Shown here piece after piece: positions 26,722-32,000 of a DNA stretch of 32,000 nt; position 1 is the stretch's first letter; every line of letters begins with the position of its first letter. This DNA comes from Opitutales bacterium (GTDB taxonomy: Bacteria > Verrucomicrobiota > Verrucomicrobiia > Opitutales > Intestinicryptomonadaceae), in contig JAWXTY010000017.1 in assembly GCA_044433115.1 (NCBI GenBank), positions 6,382 through 38,381 of the forward strand. The letters run 5' to 3'. Position numbers and translations under genes: made by a program. The notes below the pieces were generated by a model. That model saw nothing but the letters and a program-made list of their open reading frames with translations. It was not told the DNA's origin and did not search any database.

Positions 26722-27693
26722 TTAGCTTTTGCGTCTTGTTAATGCTTTTTCAAGAGCCAAGCCTATTTTATCCAATTTCTTTTGAATTTTGGGTGTAACA
26801 TCTATTTTTATTAAGCTTTCTTTTGGCATTTTCTTTAAATTAAAAAGTTTTTTGGCGTTTTGGGAGAAGATGGCTTTGTGGAATTTTGTGGGGATATTTC
26901 TTTGGGCTTCTTCTTTGAGTTGATTGAAATCTGCTTTGAGGGATATTTTGGGGTAGAGAGCTAAAGAGTAATCTGTGCCAAAGCATAGATTTTTGAGTTG
27001 ATTGAAATCGAGATTTGCCCAGTCGCTTTCTTTATATAATAGGGGAAAGGCAGCACAATCGAGATATATGTTTTCAGCAAAATCGCTCGCTCTAAATGCT
27101 CTACCTCCTGCAAGGTGTGAGAAGATGAACTTTTGTTTTGGGAACTTTTTGGCAAGGGCAAATAGTGCCTCATTATCTGTAATTATCTTGCCCTTATAGT
27201 CCTTTCCAAGCTCGTCGCTAAGGTGTATACATATAGGAAGCTCCTCAGCTTGGCAGATTTTGACTATCTCGCAAAAGCCATCGCTTAGAAAGTCAAAGCC
27301 TTGCACTTTATCGCATAATTCGCCAACTGCTACAAAGCCTAAGCCCCTTGCTTGCTTTAGAAATGCTATGCTTTCTTCTACAAATTTAGGGCATATAGTT
27401 GCCATAGGCAAAATTCTATCAGGGTAAGACTTTGCGAAGTCGAGAGCAGTTTTGTTGAAATATTCGCAGGCTTCGACGCTTTGATAATACGCCCCGTTTA
27501 TCACAGCCTTGTCTATATTTGCCCTATCCATTTGAGCAATAAATTCTTCTTTGCTAACTAAGTCTTGCAGGCTCTTTTTCTTTTGTGGAAAGAGCAAATC
27601 AAGCCAATAAGTCTCGCCAAAATCCCTTAGAACTTGCTCTAAATTATCTCTTGGAAAGTAATGCGTGTGTATGTCTATAATCTCGCTAGGCAT
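26722..27693 (-). CDS. Amidohydrolase-2 family metal-dependent hydrolase (TIM barrel)
   Basis: 323 aa. The N-terminal IIDIHTHYFP metal-binding HxH motif and a later HL..G/D pattern are typical of PF04909-type amidohydrolases. Confidence 0.65.
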   Translation of the reverse strand: MPSEIIDIHTHYFPRDNLEQVLRDFGETYWLDLLFPQKKKSLQDLVSKEEFIAQMDRANIDKAVINGAYYQSVEACEYFNKTALDFAKSYPDRILPMATICPKFVEESIAFLKQARGLGFVAVGELCDKVQGFDFLSDGFCEIVKICQAEELPICIHLSDELGKDYKGKIITDNEALFALAKKFPKQKFIFSHLAGGRAFRASDFAENIYLDCAAFPLLYKESDWANLDFNQLKNLCFGTDYSLALYPKISLKADFNQLKEEAQRNIPTKFHKAIFSQNAKKLFNLKKMPKESLIKIDVTPKIQKKLDKIGLALEKALTRRKS

Positions 27694-28589
27694 ATATAAA
27701 AAAGCACAAGGCTTAGAGCTATTCTATACCAAGCAAAAGGAGCTAAGCCCCACTTGGACAAGAAGTATACGAAAAATTTAACGCATATAAGAGCAAATAT
27801 GAAAGATACTAAAATTCCCCAAATTGCACTTTGCAAAGAAATTGCATCTAGCATAGCCTCATAGTCAGTTAAAATCTTAAAGGAACTCGCTGCCCCAAGG
27901 GTAATTAGCCCAAGCAAAAAGCTAAATTGAGCTGCCCCCTTAGGGTTTAGCCCTATGACATAGCCCCCTAAAATAGTCATCATAGACCTACTTGCCCCAG
28001 GGATAAGGGCAAAGCATTGCAAAAAGCCCACAATCAAGCTTTGCTTTATGCTAAGTTTAGAAAGGCTTATATCTGCCTTTTGCTTTGCCTCTTTTTCGTA
28101 TTTAGCCCTTACAAATAGCATAAGCAAGCCTCCGACAAACAAGCTGATTGCCACAGGCAAAACGCCAAAGAAGAAGCTTTCTATGAGCTTATATAGGCTT
28201 AGCCCAATGACTGCCGCAGGCAAAAAGGCTACAAATATATTTCTAGCTAAATAAAGCCCATCTTTGTCTTTGCCAAGCACTCCTAAAATTATGCTCTTTA
28301 GGCTTTTCCAGTATAGGAAAATTACAGCAAAAATCGCCCCTATCTGTATTACAACTGCATAAATATCTGCAGAAGCCTTTAGCTTTTCGTCATCATTTAG
28401 CCCCAAAGCCTCATTTGCCAATATTAAATGCCCAGTCGAGGACACTGGCAAATACTCAGTAAGCCCCTCAACTATACCCAAAACAGTTGCGTCGTAAGTA
28501 TCTATTTGAAGTTTTGGCTCGCTCTTTTCGCCAGCAAAAGCACTTAGGCTTAGGCAACAAAAGATAAGTATCGCTAGGATTTTTTTCAT
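27675..28589 (-). CDS. uppP: Undecaprenyl-diphosphate phosphatase (BacA/UppP) with an N-terminal signal-like extension
   Basis: 304 aa. GIVEGLTEYLPVSSTGHLIL and PGASRSMMTILGG are the two UppP signature blocks. About 30 extra N-terminal residues look like a signal peptide (MKKILAILIFCCLSLSAFA). Confidence 0.9.
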   Translation of the reverse strand: MKKILAILIFCCLSLSAFAGEKSEPKLQIDTYDATVLGIVEGLTEYLPVSSTGHLILANEALGLNDDEKLKASADIYAVVIQIGAIFAVIFLYWKSLKSIILGVLGKDKDGLYLARNIFVAFLPAAVIGLSLYKLIESFFFGVLPVAISLFVGGLLMLFVRAKYEKEAKQKADISLSKLSIKQSLIVGFLQCFALIPGASRSMMTILGGYVIGLNPKGAAQFSFLLGLITLGAASSFKILTDYEAMLDAISLQSAIWGILVSFIFALICVKFFVYFLSKWGLAPFAWYRIALSLVLFYICLARL

Positions 28590-28600
28590 AACACACTTGC

Positions 28601-29197
28601 CTAATAAATTTTTCTTGCGTCTAAGGCACTTTTTATAGTTGAAGAATCTGCAAATAGCAATGCACTACCACTAGGCAAGCCAAAGCCTATTCTTGTTAAA
28701 TTCACTTGAGAGCCATCTACTATGCACTCTTGTATATAGTGGCAAGTCGCTTCTGCCTCTATATCATTAGACAAAGCAAGGATTAGCTCGCTAATTTCCC
28801 CAGAGTCGACTAGAGCCTTGAGCTTTTCCATTTTTAAATTTTCAGGGCTAATACGTTTCATAGGCGAAAGTTTGCCCCCTAATACAAAATATCTGCCCTT
28901 GAACGCTCCAGATTTTTCTATAGACATCAAGTCCAAGACGCTTTCTACCACGCATATAGAGTGTTGCTCTCTCGAAGAGTCTGCACAGATATTGCAAAGT
29001 TCTCCACGCTTTGCCATTGCTCCACAAAATTCGCACTCGCCAATAGCCACTTGAGCCTTAGCGAGGCAATCTTGCAAGTCTTTAGCCAAACTTGGCTCTT
29101 CTAAAACCAAGTTTAGGGCTATACGCTCAGCTGCCTTGGGTCCAAGAGAGGGTAGCTTGCGTAGAATTTTCTTTAGATTGTCAAATTCCTGACTCAC
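28601..29197 (-). CDS. recR: Recombination protein RecR
   Basis: 198 aa with the LPSLGPKAAERIA helix-hairpin-helix, a C4 zinc finger (CEFCG...CNIC) and a Toprim domain. Confidence 0.95.
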   Translation of the reverse strand: MSQEFDNLKKILRKLPSLGPKAAERIALNLVLEEPSLAKDLQDCLAKAQVAIGECEFCGAMAKRGELCNICADSSREQHSICVVESVLDLMSIEKSGAFKGRYFVLGGKLSPMKRISPENLKMEKLKALVDSGEISELILALSNDIEAEATCHYIQECIVDGSQVNLTRIGFGLPSGSALLFADSSTIKSALDARKIY

Positions 29198-29198
29198 C

Positions 29199-29507
29199 TT
29201 AGAATAGTCCAGGTAGGCTAAAACCTCCTGTTACTGTAGACATTTTTTCGTCGCTTAGAGCCTTTGCCTTTACTGCCGCCTCATTGATAGCTGACAATAT
29301 AGTAGACTCTACAGTTGCAGCGTCTTCCTTTAAAAATTCAGGATCTAACTTCAAGCTTTTCAAAGCTCCGTGTCCATTTACATTAACTACAACAGCTCCG
29401 CCGCCACTAGAAACTTCAACAATTTCTGTTTCTAAGCCCGATTGAACTTCTTCCATAACTTTTTGCATCTTTTGTGCTTGCTTTAATAGTTTTCCTACTC
29501 CTGCCAT
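29199..29507 (-). CDS. ybaB: YbaB/EbfC family nucleoid-associated protein
   Basis: 102 aa. It shows LLKQAQKMQKVMEEVQ, a GGGAVVV...NG block and a C-terminal GGFSLPGLF. It lies directly upstream of recR, as is usual. Confidence 0.9.
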   Translation of the reverse strand: MAGVGKLLKQAQKMQKVMEEVQSGLETEIVEVSSGGGAVVVNVNGHGALKSLKLDPEFLKEDAATVESTILSAINEAAVKAKALSDEKMSTVTGGFSLPGLF

Positions 29508-29680
29508 TTTATTTCTTTCTTTTATTTATGGTGGTTTCTAAAAATTAGCACTTAGCTATTTTTTAGATTATTTTGAGGTTGATTTTTTATGTTTTTAAGG
29601 AGGATAATGAATTATCTAACGCAAAAACAGAGAAAATCAAAGCAAAATAGGCAAAAAAGAGCAAGTGTATTTTTCTTATT
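29508..29680 (-). repeat. Intergenic promoter/leader cassette, copy B (upstream of ybaB-recR-uppP)
   Basis: The reverse complement aligns with 4021-4169, with exact identities of 24 nt (29644-29667) and 35 nt (29540-29574). The minus-strand TTAAAA (29593-29598) -17 nt- CAAAAT (29570-29575) points at ybaB. Confidence 0.8.
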
Positions 29681-29691
29681 CTATTTTAAAA

Positions 29692-31146
29692 CTAATTATT
29701 AGAAGCCACCTTATGTTTAATTATTAGAAGCGTCATATCATCTGCATAAGAATATGTTGCTCCACAAAATTTTTGTACGTCTAGTAATATATCAGTATTT
29801 ATGTCTATAGCACTCTTTTGAGCGAAACGCTTTATAGACTTTTCTAGGCGATTAGACCCAAACTCTTCCTTATTTGCATTTAAGGACTCAGTTATACCAT
29901 CTGTATACATAACCAAAACAGAGTCTTTGCCAAAAGGGAAAATAGTGTCTTCTATTACCATATCAAATATTTCAGGGTCTACCATTCCCACTGCCATTCC
30001 TGCTGAATTTATCTTCATAGATGGGCTTTCGCTCGTGTATTTAGCACAAAGGAGGGCTTGTTCGTGTCCTGCTCTTGCCATAGTAATTTCGCCTTTATTT
30101 ATGTCTAAAATTGCATAAATCATAGTTATGAACATATCCTCACGCAAGATTGGGGCAATCTCTCTATTTAGAGCCTTTAGTGCTTCTGCTGGAGTTTCGT
30201 AATTCTTGGCAATACTCTTGAGTTTTGTTTGAACTATAGCCATCACCATTGCTGCAGATACTCCCTTGCCAGATACGTCTGCAATAACTATACCCAATTT
30301 TGACTTTGGCAATTCTATAAAGTCGTAAAAGTCGCCCCCTATAGATTGCTGAGGCACATAACGCACTGCAAACTCATAATCTTCAAGTACTGGCATTTGC
30401 TGAGGCAATAGATATTTTTGCACGCCCCCTGCAAGCTTTAAATCGAATGTAAGCTTGTTACGCTCCACAAATTGGTCGACTGCATTTGCGTTAGAAATTG
30501 CAATTCCTGCTTGCTCTGCAAGAGTTTTAAGTATGCTAACTTCCATCTCGCCAAATAAATTTTCGCCCATAGGATTTAGTACTACCATAACAGCAATGAC
30601 TTCGCCATCTACTCTTATAGGCATATATATTGCACTAGTGATATTTAAAGAAGGGTCGTCGCTCTTAATTATGCGAGGGTCTTTAGTTGCGTCGCTAATT
30701 AATATAGATTTACCTTCTGAGCCAACTTCGCCAACTAGTCCTTCGTTTGCGTCTAAAATCTCGCCTTCGTAGATTTTTTCCATACGCTCAGCCTTAGTAC
30801 TTTCGTCGCCTTTTAGCTTTGAGCTTCTCTTTTGAGGGGGAAACAAGCCTTGAGTTCCAGCTGACATCCAAGTTCCACTTGCTTGTTTTAGATATATACA
30901 AGAGCTTTGTGCGTTTACGCTAGTTGCTGACAAATGTATAGCCTTTTTACAAATTTCTAGCAGGCTCACTCCCCCTTGAAATTCTAGGGCAAATCGACGC
31001 ATAACGTTGACTATGAGTACTTTGTCCTCACGCAATTCGTCATTTTCTCTAAGCAAGTCTTGCCACTGACGCCTTACAATAAAGTAGTGAGGCACAATAA
31101 ACAGCACAAAAAATACAGATAGAAATATGCAAATAAAAGTTATCAT
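29692..31146 (-). CDS. Membrane-anchored GAF-domain PP2C (SpoIIE/RsbU-type) serine phosphatase
   Basis: 484 aa with an N-terminal TM (ITFICIFLSVFFVLFIV) and a central GAF-like region. PP2C/SpoIIE motifs are SIGGDFYDF, ADVSGKGVSAAM and MYTDGITES. Confidence 0.85.
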   Translation of the reverse strand: MITFICIFLSVFFVLFIVPHYFIVRRQWQDLLRENDELREDKVLIVNVMRRFALEFQGGVSLLEICKKAIHLSATSVNAQSSCIYLKQASGTWMSAGTQGLFPPQKRSSKLKGDESTKAERMEKIYEGEILDANEGLVGEVGSEGKSILISDATKDPRIIKSDDPSLNITSAIYMPIRVDGEVIAVMVVLNPMGENLFGEMEVSILKTLAEQAGIAISNANAVDQFVERNKLTFDLKLAGGVQKYLLPQQMPVLEDYEFAVRYVPQQSIGGDFYDFIELPKSKLGIVIADVSGKGVSAAMVMAIVQTKLKSIAKNYETPAEALKALNREIAPILREDMFITMIYAILDINKGEITMARAGHEQALLCAKYTSESPSMKINSAGMAVGMVDPEIFDMVIEDTIFPFGKDSVLVMYTDGITESLNANKEEFGSNRLEKSIKRFAQKSAIDINTDILLDVQKFCGATYSYADDMTLLIIKHKVASNN

Positions 31147-31256
31147 TCTTAAAAATAATTACTCGATTAAAGCAAAACAACTTCCAAAGTGCAAGTGTAT
31201 TTTTTGGGAGGCTTCTAAAAATTGCTTCTAATTAGGACACAAAACTTTGTCTCATA

Positions 31257-31329
31257 GTGGGCAAAGTGGGACATTGCGTGGCACACAGTGGGACATTTTG
31301 TCTCAGTATATTGTGCAAAAAGTGGGACA
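31257..31329 (+). promoter_or_regulatory. Array of GTGGGACA-type direct repeats upstream of dnaK (candidate operator array)
   Basis: The repeats are GTGGGCA at 31257, GTGGGACA at 31266, GTGGCACA at 31278, GTGGGACA at 31288 and GTGGGACA at 31322. The first four are spaced 9-12 nt apart. The array lies 90-160 nt upstream of the dnaK ATG. Confidence 0.4.
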
Positions 31330-31351
31330 CTGAAATTGGGCATAAGTTTAA

Positions 31352-32000
<649 letters not shown>

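Noticed and set aside
29545-29553. TTAGCACTT, resembling the left half of the HrcA CIRCE operator (TTAGCACTC). It is also present in cassette copy A.
   Set aside because: No GAGTGCTAA half-site follows at the required 9-nt spacing. The downstream genes (ybaB, yebC) are not chaperones, and the actual dnaK upstream region lacks it.
29607-29702. A 31-aa mini-ORF (MNYLTQKQRKSKQNRQKRASVFFLFYFKTNY) preceded by a perfect AAGGAGG Shine-Dalgarno sequence inside cassette copy B.
   Set aside because: The ATG is absent from the homologous positions of copy A (GATAACAGC) and copy C, and the frame is not conserved. The AAGGAGG is the complement of the CCTCCTT that flanks the predicted -35 on the other strand.
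31278-31295. TGGCAC upstream of dnaK as a sigma54 -24 element.
   Set aside because: The -12 position, 5 nt downstream, reads GGGA rather than TTGC. The TGGCAC is better explained as a degenerate member of the GTGGGACA repeat series.

Overview
This is an AT-rich bacterial chromosomal segment that is almost entirely housekeeping. I call 27 protein-coding genes: a 5'-truncated DUF1080 gene, acnA followed by a STAS gene, yebC-leuC, and an FmdB-type zinc-ribbon gene. A long minus-strand operon runs lysA-like, YbgC thioesterase, GT-C membrane protein, 1180-aa AsmA-like protein, panB, SET-domain protein. The rest are dsbD, mreB-mreC-mreD-mrdA plus an FAD oxidase, pfkB-proA, an orphan cytoplasmic histidine kinase, ybaB-recR-uppP-amidohydrolase, a membrane GAF-PP2C (RsbU-like) phosphatase, and the 5' part of dnaK. 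The mix of DUF1080, a SET-domain protein, RsbV/RsbU-like parts and an AsmA-like giant protein suggests a PVC-superphylum-type Gram-negative, but that is inference only. I saw no rRNA, tRNA, CRISPR array, transposase, integrase, phage or recognisable defence genes, and I cannot point to a clear novel protein-coding system. The unusual content is non-coding. (1) A ~150-220 nt promoter/leader cassette occurs in three full copies, with shorter fragments elsewhere, in front of unrelated operons. It contains a small covarying hairpin. (2) A ~120 nt nested-hairpin element followed by a terminator-like hairpin occurs three times around the zinc-ribbon gene and shows compensatory changes. (3) A helically phased GTGGGACA repeat array lies upstream of dnaK, where no CIRCE or HAIR operator is visible. 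(4) A 350-nt convergent intergenic region is packed with stem-loops, two of them mutually exclusive. All homology calls come from reading the translated ORFs and recognising motifs. No database search was run.
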